64,000 nt of DNA from NCBI GenBank assembly GCA_965116905.1, contig OZ220732.1, positions 1,120,001-1,184,000 of the forward strand. The letters are read 5' to 3'. This DNA is from Longimicrobiales bacterium. GTDB taxonomy: Bacteria > Gemmatimonadota > Gemmatimonadetes > Longimicrobiales > Gaopeijiaceae. Position numbers and translations under genes: made by a program. This document shows, in pieces, positions 9,616-18,739 of this stretch (position 1 is its first letter; every line of letters starts with the position of its first letter). The notes beneath the pieces were generated by a model, which was not told the origin of the DNA, did no database searches, and saw only the letters and a list, made by a program, of their open reading frames with translations.

Positions 9616-12134
9616 CCCGGCGGCTCGTCCGGGGCGGCCAGCGCCTCCAGTCGCGCCACCGCCTCGTCGAAGCGGGCTTCCAGGCGCGGGATGCTCGCGC
9701 CGGAGTACCCGATGCGCAGACGGGCCCGCGACGCGATGAGCACGTCCAGCAGCTCCGCGGCCGCCGTGCGGCGTGCCACAGGGTCGGTGCTGCCCCGTTC
9801 GCCGATCCAGACGGGGGCCGTGTGGGCGAAGGGTGAGGTGTCCACCGACGGCCAGCGCGTCTCGCCGCCCGAAGCGCGCGCCGCGATCCAGCCGCCTTCA
9901 GGCAGCGTCACCTCGCCCGAATAGCTGCGCTGGCCGGGCGAGGCAATGCCTGAACGGGACTGCACGACCTGCCCGTTGACGAGGATTTCCACCGTGTCCA
10001 CCGAGGTTGCCGTGGCGAGGTCGAGCGTCCACTGGACCGTGCCGGGCTCGCCCCCGGCACCGCTCCCGGCCTCGACCACCTCGCCCGGCCGCGCTCCCCC
10101 GGCGCGGAAGTCGAGGAAGGGGCCGTTGGTGACGAAGGATCTGCCTTCGCTCAACGCCGCCACATATGCGGGCCAGTTGAGGCGATCGCCGGTATGTGCG
10201 TATACGCGCGTCGCGCCCACCGGCATGGTTCGGTGGAGGTTCAGCATGACGTCGGTGCCTGCGGACGGCGCCACCGTCTGCCCGATGTTCAGGAAGCGGT
10301 GCCACAGCGCGGCGGTCCCCTCGAAGCTGCTCCACAGACACATCACCTCGAGGGCGTCCACGTCGCCCATGACCGCGTCCGCCACCAGCTCGACCGGCAC
10401 CCCGGCCCGTGCCTCCGGGACGAACGGATCGGGCGACCCGACGGGGTGCACATAGTAGCCTAATCCGCCATGGTCATGCGCAAACGCCAGGACTTCCGCA
10501 TTGGTGCGGTCGTCGGTCCCGTAGACCTCGTAGCCGGGCCCCCAGACCCACGGCCAGTGCAATTCCGGGATCTCGATCAGGCCCATGTGACCCAGGAAAT
10601 GCGAGCGGATCTCCTGGCCGAAGCGGATCAGCGGCGAAGCGTCCGACTTCTCCCACCCCCACAGGTCCTGGTCCTCGTAGCGATTGTGCAGGTTGGCGAG
10701 CAGGGGCGAGGCCACGTCGAGCTCCTCACCCTTCATCATCGGCACCATGTCGGCCGGGTCCAGGTCGTACTGGCCGCCGTAATTGAGGTGGAAGTGATGG
10801 TCTCCCGACGTCCATCCCGCCGCACGCGCGTCCCACACGGGATCGAGTTCCAGTTCGACTTCGGTGACGGCACCGGCACCGGCGCCAGCACCGCCCGCGG
10901 CACCGGCACCGGCCGCGACCGTGACGCTCCTCTCGGGCGTCGCCAGCCCGCGCACCGCCGAAACGGTGACCTCGCCCGCAGGCACGGTGACCTCGATCTG
11001 CCCCGGGGTGTAGAAGAAGATGCGGCCGCCGGCGCCCTCGGAATGAGCGATGCCCTCGTCGGGAATGGCGGGGTGCCCTGCCGCGTCGACGACGGTCAGC
11101 CGCGCGGGCATGTTGGTGCGTATGCGCACCCGGGCCGTTTCCGTTTCCCACAGCCAGGCCGCGACGTCCACATCCTCCACCGGACCGCCCGCCTTGCGGA
11201 CGCGCTTGAGCCCCATGACCTCGCGGGCATCGGCCTCCGAGAAGTAGACCCACTCGCCGTCGGCGCTCCATGCGGGGGTCAGCGGCAGTCCGCCCCCCGT
11301 CAGCAGCACCGACGGGCCGGGCCGGCTGATGCTGTGGACCCGCAGCTCCCAGCCGTTCTGGGTGGGCCAGTTCAGGGCGAAGTCTGCGCCGTCCGGGGCC
11401 ACCGCCGGACGGGCCATGGATGCGATGCTTCCCGACACCAGCACGGTCGGCGCGCGTTCGTCGGGGTGCCGCAGCTCCACCCTGTCCCCGCCCCGCTTGG
11501 CGAGGATCATCACCGCATCCGCCCCCGGCACCGGCTGCGGCCGCATTTCGATCCCCGGCTCCGTGGTGACCGCGGTCGCGTTTCCGGTGCCGAGGTCCAG
11601 CGCCCAGACGTCCAGAGTGCCGGCTTCGCCCGACGTGTAGTAGAGCGTGTTGCCGTCGGCGGACCATGCCGGATCGAGGTCGATGGCCGGTGAGTCGACG
11701 GTGCGCAGCCGATCACCGGTGGCCGCGCTCACGACGACGATTCGGGTGTCGTGATCGTTGTCTCGCACAAAGGCGATGCGATTCCCCGACGGGTGCCACG
11801 CCGGACGGGAATCCACGTCGCGTCCGTTGGTGAGCCGGCGAGCCGTGCGGGTCTCGAGGTCCATCACCCATATCCAGCCCCGCGCGGCGAACGCGATGCG
11901 GCGTCCGTCCGGAGAGGGCGCGGGATCGATCGGACCGTTCGTCAGGATCGGAAGCTCGTACCCCTCCAGGTACACGTGATGCCCGTACCCGTCGACGTGT
12001 GGGTACCGATTGCGCCATTGACCGGACCCGGACTGCGGAATCAGCACGGCGGCAAGGACAAACAGAACGCACAATCTGGTCACGGCGGTGGCTCCGGTTG
12101 GGGGACGATGGGTGGCGGTAACCATTGCGGCCAT
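9612..12134 (-). CDS. CehA/McbA-family PHP-like metallohydrolase with N-terminal TolB/PD40 propeller
   Basis: PAPSPDG/PAWSADG repeats; GDHHFH, GQE, HP, AGTD, FVTNGP motifs; start uncertain (12134 or 12125). Confidence 0.8.
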   Translation of the reverse strand: MAAMVTATHRPPTGATAVTRLCVLFVLAAVLIPQSGSGQWRNRYPHVDGYGHHVYLEGYELPILTNGPIDPAPSPDGRRIAFAARGWIWVMDLETRTARRLTNGRDVDSRPAWHPSGNRIAFVRDNDHDTRIVVVSAATGDRLRTVDSPAIDLDPAWSADGNTLYYTSGEAGTLDVWALDLGTGNATAVTTEPGIEMRPQPVPGADAVMILAKRGGDRVELRHPDERAPTVLVSGSIASMARPAVAPDGADFALNWPTQNGWELRVHSISRPGPSVLLTGGGLPLTPAWSADGEWVYFSEADAREVMGLKRVRKAGGPVEDVDVAAWLWETETARVRIRTNMPARLTVVDAAGHPAIPDEGIAHSEGAGGRIFFYTPGQIEVTVPAGEVTVSAVRGLATPERSVTVAAGAGAAGGAGAGAGAVTEVELELDPVWDARAAGWTSGDHHFHLNYGGQYDLDPADMVPMMKGEELDVASPLLANLHNRYEDQDLWGWEKSDASPLIRFGQEIRSHFLGHMGLIEIPELHWPWVWGPGYEVYGTDDRTNAEVLAFAHDHGGLGYYVHPVGSPDPFVPEARAGVPVELVADAVMGDVDALEVMCLWSSFEGTAALWHRFLNIGQTVAPSAGTDVMLNLHRTMPVGATRVYAHTGDRLNWPAYVAALSEGRSFVTNGPFLDFRAGGARPGEVVEAGSGAGGEPGTVQWTLDLATATSVDTVEILVNGQVVQSRSGIASPGQRSYSGEVTLPEGGWIAARASGGETRWPSVDTSPFAHTAPVWIGERGSTDPVARRTAAAELLDVLIASRARLRIGYSGASIPRLEARFDEAVARLEALAAPDEPPG

Positions 12135-12192
12135 GCGCAGGGTCACGCAATGGACCATATTGACACTCCTCCGACACCGAAAGGAAATCCCG

Positions 12193-12645
12193 ATGAGTTT
12201 TCGTTCCGCCGGCGCCGCTCTCCTCCTGTTCGCTCTGACGGGCTCGCCTGCCCAGGCGCAGGACGCCCACGGCAACGTCTTCCACGATGGCGAATCCCTG
12301 CCATGGGGGGAGCCGAGCAATGGCACGAGGTTTCTTCCGCTCTACGGCAACTACGGCGTCGGCGGCGAGGTCTTCGCGTTCCGTCTCGAAGTCCATCCCG
12401 GCTTCGAAATCCGGCCTCACACGCACCCCGTCACCGAGCACATGACGGTGCTTTCGGGCACATTCTTCGTCGGGATGGGCGAGACCATGGACAAGGAGGC
12501 CGCAATCGCCTATGGACCCGGGAGCTACATTGCCATCGCGGCCGGCTTGCCGGCGTACATGTGGGCCGACGAAGTGACCGTCATCCAGGTCCACGGCGTG
12601 GGCCCGTTCTCGACCGATTTCGTGGAACCGCCACCGGAGCGGTGA
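12193..12645 (+). CDS. Secreted cupin domain protein (DUF4437-like)
   Basis: Signal peptide, PHTHPVTEHMTVLSG cupin motif; AAGGA RBS. Confidence 0.8.
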   Translation: MSFRSAGAALLLFALTGSPAQAQDAHGNVFHDGESLPWGEPSNGTRFLPLYGNYGVGGEVFAFRLEVHPGFEIRPHTHPVTEHMTVLSGTFFVGMGETMDKEAAIAYGPGSYIAIAAGLPAYMWADEVTVIQVHGVGPFSTDFVEPPPER

Positions 12646-13161
12646 ATGACGCGCGCCCGTCGACTCCTGCTCCCCGTCCTTGCCCTGGCCCTGACTGCCT
12701 GCATCCCCTCGGAGTCCGTCACGCTGCGCGCCGGCGATCCCGCCCCGGTCTTCACGGCCATTTCACTGGAAACCGGCTCACCCACGTCCCTCACCGACTA
12801 CCTGGGTCAGACCCTCCTGGTCAACCTCTGGGCCACCTGGTGCCATCCCTGCGAGACGGAGACCCCGTACCTCCAGTCCGTGTACGAACGCTACCAGGAC
12901 CGGGGCCTGCGCTTGCTGGGCGTGTCCGTTGATCGGCGCGCCGACCACGACGCCGTGATCGAATTCGTCGAGGAGTTCGGCGTGACCTACGACATCGCCC
13001 TCGATCCCGACGCCCTGTCTCGTGACCTGTTTCGCGCGCGCGGCCTGCCCACTTCCGTGCTCATCGACCGCGACGGGGTGGTAGCGTTCAGCTGGATCGG
13101 CCCGATCCCCGAGGGCGACCCCACCTTTATCGGCGGCCTGGAGGCCGCGCTGGACCGCTAG
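12646..13161 (+). CDS. TlpA/ResA-like thiol-disulfide oxidoreductase lipoprotein
   Basis: Lipobox LTAC, NLWATWCHPC, GLPTS..IDRDG. Confidence 0.9.
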   Translation: MTRARRLLLPVLALALTACIPSESVTLRAGDPAPVFTAISLETGSPTSLTDYLGQTLLVNLWATWCHPCETETPYLQSVYERYQDRGLRLLGVSVDRRADHDAVIEFVEEFGVTYDIALDPDALSRDLFRARGLPTSVLIDRDGVVAFSWIGPIPEGDPTFIGGLEAALDR

Positions 13162-13568
13162 CTGATCGGAGGCTCCGAGGGCAGCGCGAACCTGCACTGC
13201 GGCCCCGGCGCCCGGCTGAGCCTCACATCAAGCGTGGCCAGGGGTTGGCCAAAGGACTCTGCCACCGCCACGTACCACGCATCGTAGGCACTGACGGTCT
13301 GACGGAGCTCCCACACTCTGTCCGCGAAAGGGGCGAAGGGGAACAGTTCGATGTCACGCCGCAGCAGGTCGCGATGTGCACTGTCGGCCTCGATCCTCGA
13401 AACCTCGCCACGGAACTCGAGGCGCCGCAGGATGTTGGTTGCCTCGGCGAGCATCAGTTCCGGAGCGACGAGCGTGTCTGCGGCCACCACCGACTCGGCC
13501 CAACGGCCCTCGGGACCCGAGTCCACCAGGGCCGCGACCATCACTGACGCGTCAACGACGACCGTCAC
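13158..13568 (-). CDS. vapC: VapC-family PIN toxin
   Basis: VVVDAS, EATNILRR, AYDAWYVAVAE, LATLD; GTG start overlaps the antitoxin TGA. Confidence 0.9.
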   Translation of the reverse strand: MTVVVDASVMVAALVDSGPEGRWAESVVAADTLVAPELMLAEATNILRRLEFRGEVSRIEADSAHRDLLRRDIELFPFAPFADRVWELRQTVSAYDAWYVAVAESFGQPLATLDVRLSRAPGPQCRFALPSEPPIS

Positions 13569-13801
13569 CTTCGGTCCGCGTCTCGCGCGGACAGAATGCT
13601 GGAAGACGGCACCCGGGTCCCCGCGATTTCCTTCCGCTCCCGCACTGTCTCCAACCATCGCGCGAGAGACGGGCGGTTCGCTATCCGCTCCAACTCGCGC
13701 CGCAGGTACTCCTGCATCGACAGGCGCGTAAGGGCAGCGCGCGCAGCCAATTCATCGCGCACGTCCTCGGGCACGCCCCTGATGGTGATCTGAACAGCCA
13801 T
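13565..13801 (-). CDS. FitA/VapB-like ribbon-helix-helix antitoxin
   Basis: 78 aa, ITIRGVPEDVRDELAARAA..SMQEYLR; immediately upstream of the PIN gene. Confidence 0.87.
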   Translation of the reverse strand: MAVQITIRGVPEDVRDELAARAALTRLSMQEYLRRELERIANRPSLARWLETVRERKEIAGTRVPSSSILSARDADRR

Positions 13802-13836
13802 GACAGCAAGTTACATGCATGGACAGCAGAACGCAA
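13802..13836 (-). promoter_or_regulatory. Probable leaderless sigma70 promoter of the TA operon
   Basis: Minus strand TTGCGT-17 nt-TAACTT-6 nt-ATG; no RBS; two TGCTGTC direct repeats. Confidence 0.55.
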
Positions 13837-13860
13837 TCACCTCGGAAGTTGGAAGCGACC

Positions 13861-14154
13861 CTACGCGTCGTCCAGATGCGCGTACTCCTCCTGCCTCTCC
13901 GCCCCGGCCTCCACCTCCCGTGCGCGCTTCCGCAGCCACCACCCCGTCCCCGCCACCAGCCCCAGCGGGAGCAGCGTCAGCAGGCCGGTAGTCGCCAGGA
14001 ACGCGAGGCGGGCCTCGTCGTCCCGGTCGAAGCACACGGGACAGGCATGCGCCACGTCCGGCAGTGCGGCGATCAGCAAAACCGCGGCCACGCCGCCGAG
14101 AGCGGCCCGGGCAACCGTTACCCGCGCAACCGTTACCCGCGTCCACTTGCGCAT
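13861..14154 (-). CDS. Small membrane protein with AHACPVC motif (oxidase-operon accessory)
   Basis: Signal peptide, CPVC, one TM; ATG overlaps the TAA of the upstream subunit III gene. Confidence 0.7.
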   Translation of the reverse strand: MRKWTRVTVARVTVARAALGGVAAVLLIAALPDVAHACPVCFDRDDEARLAFLATTGLLTLLPLGLVAGTGWWLRKRAREVEAGAERQEEYAHLDDA

Positions 14155-14750
14155 TACAGGTACACCTGGAAGTAGAGGAAAGGCCATACGAGCACCACGA
14201 AGTACCAGAACAATGCCACCACGGAAAGGTGTTCCCGGGGCAGCCGGCCCGACTGCAGGCGCAGCCAGGCCCATCCCAGAAGGCCGATCGCGACGACCGC
14301 GTGGGCCGCGTGGGCCCCGATGATCGTGTAGAACAGGCTGCCGTAGAGGGACGAGGTCAGCGTGAGGCCCTCCCCGAGCAGCGCGACCCACTCCACGCCC
14401 TGCATCGCCACGAACGCCGCGCCGAGCACGGTGGCCACCAGGAGGGGGACCCCGATGGACTTGTTGCCGCGCTGGTAGGCGCGGTGCGCGAACAGCAGCA
14501 CGATCCCGCTGAGGATCAGGAACGACGTATTGACCGCGGTGCGCTCGAAGGGCAGCCGCGGCTGGTCGGGAGGCGGCCACACCGAACCCACGGCGCGCGC
14601 CTTCACGATGAGGAAGCCCGAGATGAATCCCGCGAACAGCATGACCTCGACGAAGACCACGAGCAGCATGCCCAGCACGCCGTTCGACACCATCTTCTCG
14701 GGCCGGCGCGGCCTCGGCCGGAACGGAATGATCCTCGTGCCGGCGGTCAT
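14154..14750 (-). CDS. Cytochrome c oxidase subunit III-like protein (second copy)
   Basis: EVMLFAGF, NT..LILS, F...QGVEW, GAHAAH, WYFVVLVW. Confidence 0.88.
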   Translation of the reverse strand: MTAGTRIIPFRPRPRRPEKMVSNGVLGMLLVVFVEVMLFAGFISGFLIVKARAVGSVWPPPDQPRLPFERTAVNTSFLILSGIVLLFAHRAYQRGNKSIGVPLLVATVLGAAFVAMQGVEWVALLGEGLTLTSSLYGSLFYTIIGAHAAHAVVAIGLLGWAWLRLQSGRLPREHLSVVALFWYFVVLVWPFLYFQVYL

Positions 14751-15460
14751 CAGGCCTCCTGCGGCCCCATCAGCCGGTCCCGGATCCGGCTCACGCCCGG
14801 CAGCCTCATCAGCATGCCCACGACGGGCCCGAGCACGCTGCGCACGATCGGAATGTGGCTGAGCGTCTCGAAAACCAGGATCAGTACGCCGATCGACAGA
14901 ATGATCGCAACGGCGTTCGTCCCGACGGCCACCAGAATGAGCACCGTCCAGAACCCGGCGTGCGCGAGGTTGTAGCCTCCGGGAAGCAGATTGTCCGTCG
15001 ACTTCTCGGTCGGCACGATGCTGGCGAGCACGACTTCGTCAGCATGATCGTCCGCGTGCACCTCCGGCTCCGGCAGCCCGCGGTCCACCGCCTCCTTGGC
15101 GGCCAGGTTCTCCCACATCCGCCCGTCGTGCAGCTGCACGTCCGGCGCGACCCCGCCCCAGAAAAGCGCCAGCAACAACACCGACGCCGCAAGGAAGATC
15201 TTCGCGATCGGGCGCTCGATCGACAGGTGCATGAAGTGCTTCACGACCAGCCCCGCCTTCCAGACCGCGATCCCGAAGGCCGTGATCAGGGTCAGGGTCA
15301 GGCCGACGCCGATCTGCCGTCCGAAGATCTCGACCTGCGCGTCGATCCTCTCTCCCACCAGCGGGCCGGCGATGCTCACTGCCAGCAAGACGAGCAGCAG
15401 CAGATAGACCTTCACGTAGTGATTGCCGAAGAATCCTGTGTCTTCCGAGTGACCGGCCAT
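14750..15460 (-). CDS. Cytochrome c oxidase subunit IV family protein with C-terminal extension
   Basis: YVKVY..LL.L, KAGLVVKHFMHL motif; extra periplasmic and TM segments. Confidence 0.78.
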   Translation of the reverse strand: MAGHSEDTGFFGNHYVKVYLLLLVLLAVSIAGPLVGERIDAQVEIFGRQIGVGLTLTLITAFGIAVWKAGLVVKHFMHLSIERPIAKIFLAASVLLLALFWGGVAPDVQLHDGRMWENLAAKEAVDRGLPEPEVHADDHADEVVLASIVPTEKSTDNLLPGGYNLAHAGFWTVLILVAVGTNAVAIILSIGVLILVFETLSHIPIVRSVLGPVVGMLMRLPGVSRIRDRLMGPQEA

Positions 15461-15463
15461 GGG

Positions 15464-16033
15464 CTATTTCGCGATGTAGAGCAGGGGGAACAGGAAGATC
15501 CAGACGATATCCACGAAGTGCCAGTAGATCCCGATCAGTTCGACGCGGTGCAGTTCGAGATTCTTCGCCGCATCGCGCGCAACGATGAACATGATCACGG
15601 CGCCCGCGATCACGTGGAGGGCGTGCAGCCCCGCGGCCGAGTAGTAGAACGCCCAGAAGCCGTTGGAGGTGATCGTGTAGCCGTGGCTGATTTCGTACCA
15701 CCACTCGTAGGTCTTGATGCCGATGAAGGTGGCGGCCCCCCCGATGGTGCAGTAGAGCCACTGGGCCGCCTTCCTGCCGTCGCCGCGCTCGGCCGCCTGG
15801 TGCGCCAGCACGGCGGTAAGGCTGGACGTGAGCAGGACGAAGGTGTTGACCGCCCCGATCGTGGTGTTCGTCACCGCGGCGGCGTCGGCCCACTCCGGAT
15901 GCCCCAGGCGGAACATGACGTACGACGCCAGCAGGCCGCCGAAGATGACGACTTCCGAAGCCAGGACCCACCAGATGGCGAGCTTGCCGGTGGCGATCCC
16001 GGTGGCGGCGCGGGTGGTTGCGATCGGCCTCAT
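15464..16033 (-). CDS. coxC: Cytochrome c oxidase subunit III
   Basis: WWVLASEVVIF, NTFVLLTSS, K.YEW, GLHALHV, YWHFVDIVW. Confidence 0.93.
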   Translation of the reverse strand: MRPIATTRAATGIATGKLAIWWVLASEVVIFGGLLASYVMFRLGHPEWADAAAVTNTTIGAVNTFVLLTSSLTAVLAHQAAERGDGRKAAQWLYCTIGGAATFIGIKTYEWWYEISHGYTITSNGFWAFYYSAAGLHALHVIAGAVIMFIVARDAAKNLELHRVELIGIYWHFVDIVWIFLFPLLYIAK

Positions 16034-17763
16034 CAGGAGCCTCTCGGCGAGGGTTCGTTCTGCGGCCAGTAGTCGTCCTCACGGTCCGGCGTGCTGTATT
16101 CGTACGGGCCGCGGTAGACGACCGGCATCTCGTCCGGACGCCAGTTGCCGTGTGGTGGTGGGGACTCGGTGGTCCATTCGAGCGAGTTCGCCTTCCACGG
16201 GTTCCTCGGCGCCTTCGGCCCGTGGCGCATGGTCTTGTACCAGTTGTAGAAGAAGACGAACTGGAAGAGGAGCATGACCACGAGCGAGAGCGTGGCGAGC
16301 ACGCGCATGTCCTGGAACCAGTCGAGCGCCAGCTCGGGGAAGTGCGAGTAGTTGTAGATCCTGCGGTGCTGCCCTCCCATCCCGAGCACGAAGAGCGGGA
16401 TGAAGATCATGTTGAAGGGTATGATGGTCCCCCAGAAGTGGATCTTGCCGAGCCGGTCGTCCATCATCTTCCCGAACATCTTCGGGAACCAGTAGGTGAT
16501 GGCCGCAAAGGCCCCTATGATCGCAATCGGGAAGAACGTGTAGTGGAAGTGGGCGAGCACGAAGTAGGTGTCGTGGAAGTAGATGTCGGCACCCGCCGCG
16601 CCCAGGAAGATCCCCGTCACACCCCCGATCAGGAACGTGGCCACGAAGGCGAGCGCCCACAGCATGGGCGTGTTGAGCGTGATCGATCCCCCATACAGCG
16701 TGGCAATGTAAACGAAGCACAACTCCGCAATGGGGACCGAGATCAATAGCGTGGTGATGGTGAAGATGTTCGCCATTCGCGGGTCGATTCCCGCGATGAA
16801 CTGGTGGTGCGCCCACACGAAGAAGCTCAGGACGCCCGTGGCCACGACCGTGAAGATGACGGTCCGGTAGGCGAAGACCTTCTTGCGCGCGAAGGTCGTG
16901 ATGATTTCGATCACGACCCCCATCGCCGGGAGCAGCACGACGTAGACCTCCGGGTGCCCGAAGAACCAGAAGAGGTGCTGCCACAGGATCGGGTCGCCGC
17001 CGGTGGCGGGATTGAAGAACCCGGTCCCGATCGTCTGGTCGAAGATGAGCATGATCGCGCCGGCCAGCAGCGGTCCGACGGACAGCATGAAGAGGATGCT
17101 GGCGACCACGATCATCCATACCACGATCGGCACGTCGAAAGCACGCATGCCCGGCGCGCGGGAGTTCATCAGCGTGGTTATGAAGTTGATCCCGCCCAGC
17201 AGGAATGCCACGAACTCCAGTCCCACCCCGATCACCCACAGGGTACTCCCAAGGGGTGTCAGGTTGTACGTCGAGTCCGCCGACAGCGGTGGGTAGGCCG
17301 TCCAGGCGCCCGCGAAGCCCCCTCCCTCGACGACCAGAGATGCAAGAATGACGATCGTGCTGACGAAGAAGACCTGGAAGGACAGCCGGTTGACCTTGGG
17401 GAACACCATGTCGTCGGCGCCGACCATGAGCGGGATCAGGTAGTTCCCGAAGGCGGCCAGCAGCACGGGCATGGCCACCCAGAAGATCATGATCGTGCCA
17501 TGGTTCGTGACGAGGGCGTTGTATTCGCCCGGCGAGACCATCCCGAAGCCGGGCACGTCGATGCCCGGGAAGGCCAGTTGCATGCGGAACACGTACGCCA
17601 TGAACCCGCCGACCAGCGCCATGAACATGCCCGTGAACATGTACTGCATGGCGATGACCTTGTGGTCCGTGGACCAGAGGTACTTCAGCCACCCCTGGGG
17701 TCCGTGGTCCGCGTGATCGTCGTGGTGATGGCCGTGTGTCAGATCGACCGCTGGCTCAACCAT
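16033..17763 (-). CDS. coxA: Heme-copper oxidase subunit I (A1-type)
   Basis: NHG, DDMVFPKVN, WFFGHPEVY, WAHH, HDTYFVLAHFH, HRR. Confidence 0.97.
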   Translation of the reverse strand: MVEPAVDLTHGHHHDDHADHGPQGWLKYLWSTDHKVIAMQYMFTGMFMALVGGFMAYVFRMQLAFPGIDVPGFGMVSPGEYNALVTNHGTIMIFWVAMPVLLAAFGNYLIPLMVGADDMVFPKVNRLSFQVFFVSTIVILASLVVEGGGFAGAWTAYPPLSADSTYNLTPLGSTLWVIGVGLEFVAFLLGGINFITTLMNSRAPGMRAFDVPIVVWMIVVASILFMLSVGPLLAGAIMLIFDQTIGTGFFNPATGGDPILWQHLFWFFGHPEVYVVLLPAMGVVIEIITTFARKKVFAYRTVIFTVVATGVLSFFVWAHHQFIAGIDPRMANIFTITTLLISVPIAELCFVYIATLYGGSITLNTPMLWALAFVATFLIGGVTGIFLGAAGADIYFHDTYFVLAHFHYTFFPIAIIGAFAAITYWFPKMFGKMMDDRLGKIHFWGTIIPFNMIFIPLFVLGMGGQHRRIYNYSHFPELALDWFQDMRVLATLSLVVMLLFQFVFFYNWYKTMRHGPKAPRNPWKANSLEWTTESPPPHGNWRPDEMPVVYRGPYEYSTPDREDDYWPQNEPSPRGS

Positions 17764-17778
17764 TCTCGGAACTCCGTT

Positions 17779-18537
17779 CTAGCTGCCGGGCGAGGGCGCG
17801 GTCGCGTCCGCCGCGGCTGTCACCGCCGGCGCGTTCGCCGCCACCCAGGCTGCGTGTTCTTCGGGCGTTTCCACCATCACCCTGGCCGCCATGACTCCGT
17901 GACCGAAGCCGCAGATCTCCGCGCACTGCACGTCGAACTCCCCCGCCACGGTCGGCTGGAACCAGCCGGTGATGCTGCGGCCCGGGATCGCGTCCTGCTT
18001 GATCCGCCATACCGGGACCGAGAAGCTGTGGAGCACGTCCGTGGCCTCCAGCTTGAAGTGGTACACCTTCTCGTTCTCGACGTGGAGCTCGTCCACCGTG
18101 AAGATGTCGTCCGGCGTGTCCAGCTCGCCATCCACGCCGGGGTGCTGGAAGGTCCAGGCCCACTGCTGGCCGATGACCCGGATCACCGCGTCCGGGTTGT
18201 CCGGCAGCGTCATCTTGACGTTGTTCCAGACCTTGAACGACACGACGATGATCAGGACGTCGAAGACCAGCACCGCCAGGTGGGGATAGGTGATCCACCG
18301 CTTGTGCTTCTTGTTCTTGCCGTCGATGTAGTCGGCCCTGCGCCCGTCGCCCTTCGCCCTGAACCGCATGATGAAGTACACGAAGATGAGCTCGGCGGCG
18401 AGGAACCACACGCCGACCACCACCAGCACGAGAAGGATCAGGAAATCGATGTCACCGGCGTAGGACGACCCGATCCGGATCAGGCCGATGTCGTCGAAGA
18501 AGTGGCCGGCGCGTTCCCAGATGCTCATGTCGTTCAT
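17779..18537 (-). CDS. coxB: Cytochrome c oxidase subunit II (CuA)
   Basis: 2 TM, QWAW, DVLHSF, CAEICGFGHGVM. Confidence 0.96.
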   Translation of the reverse strand: MNDMSIWERAGHFFDDIGLIRIGSSYAGDIDFLILLVLVVVGVWFLAAELIFVYFIMRFRAKGDGRRADYIDGKNKKHKRWITYPHLAVLVFDVLIIVVSFKVWNNVKMTLPDNPDAVIRVIGQQWAWTFQHPGVDGELDTPDDIFTVDELHVENEKVYHFKLEATDVLHSFSVPVWRIKQDAIPGRSITGWFQPTVAGEFDVQCAEICGFGHGVMAARVMVETPEEHAAWVAANAPAVTAAADATAPSPGS

Positions 18538-18550
18538 AGCAGCAGATCGT

Positions 18551-18733
18551 TCATTGCAGGATGAAGTTGTAGACGACCGCCGACCCGATGAAGCCCACCG
18601 CCAGCCAGAACGTCCAGCGCAGCGTCTTCTTCGCGAAGATGATGGCCTCGTTGGTGTCGTCAGCGGGAGCGGCGGGTATTTGGGCCGCCAGCTCGGCGTG
18701 CGTCGGTTTGTCCGAAGGCGGGTTTGCTGCCAT
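18551..18733 (-). CDS. Small single-TM protein in the oxidase operon
   Basis: 60 aa, fills the gap between cytochrome c and coxB; C-terminal hydrophobic helix. Confidence 0.65.
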   Translation of the reverse strand: MAANPPSDKPTHAELAAQIPAAPADDTNEAIIFAKKTLRWTFWLAVGFIGSAVVYNFILQ

Positions 18734-18739
18734 GGCGGT

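Noticed and set aside
16690..16760. A/T-rich third codon positions in helix VIII of coxA as a recombined tract
   Set aside because: Similar patches occur elsewhere in the gene (about 17200-17350), and the stretch is too short to support without statistics
16033..17763. Calling subunit I a nitric oxide reductase or a pseudogene
   Set aside because: The cross-linking Tyr (HPEVY), D-channel residues, all ligands and the reading frame are intact; NO activity remains only a hypothesis
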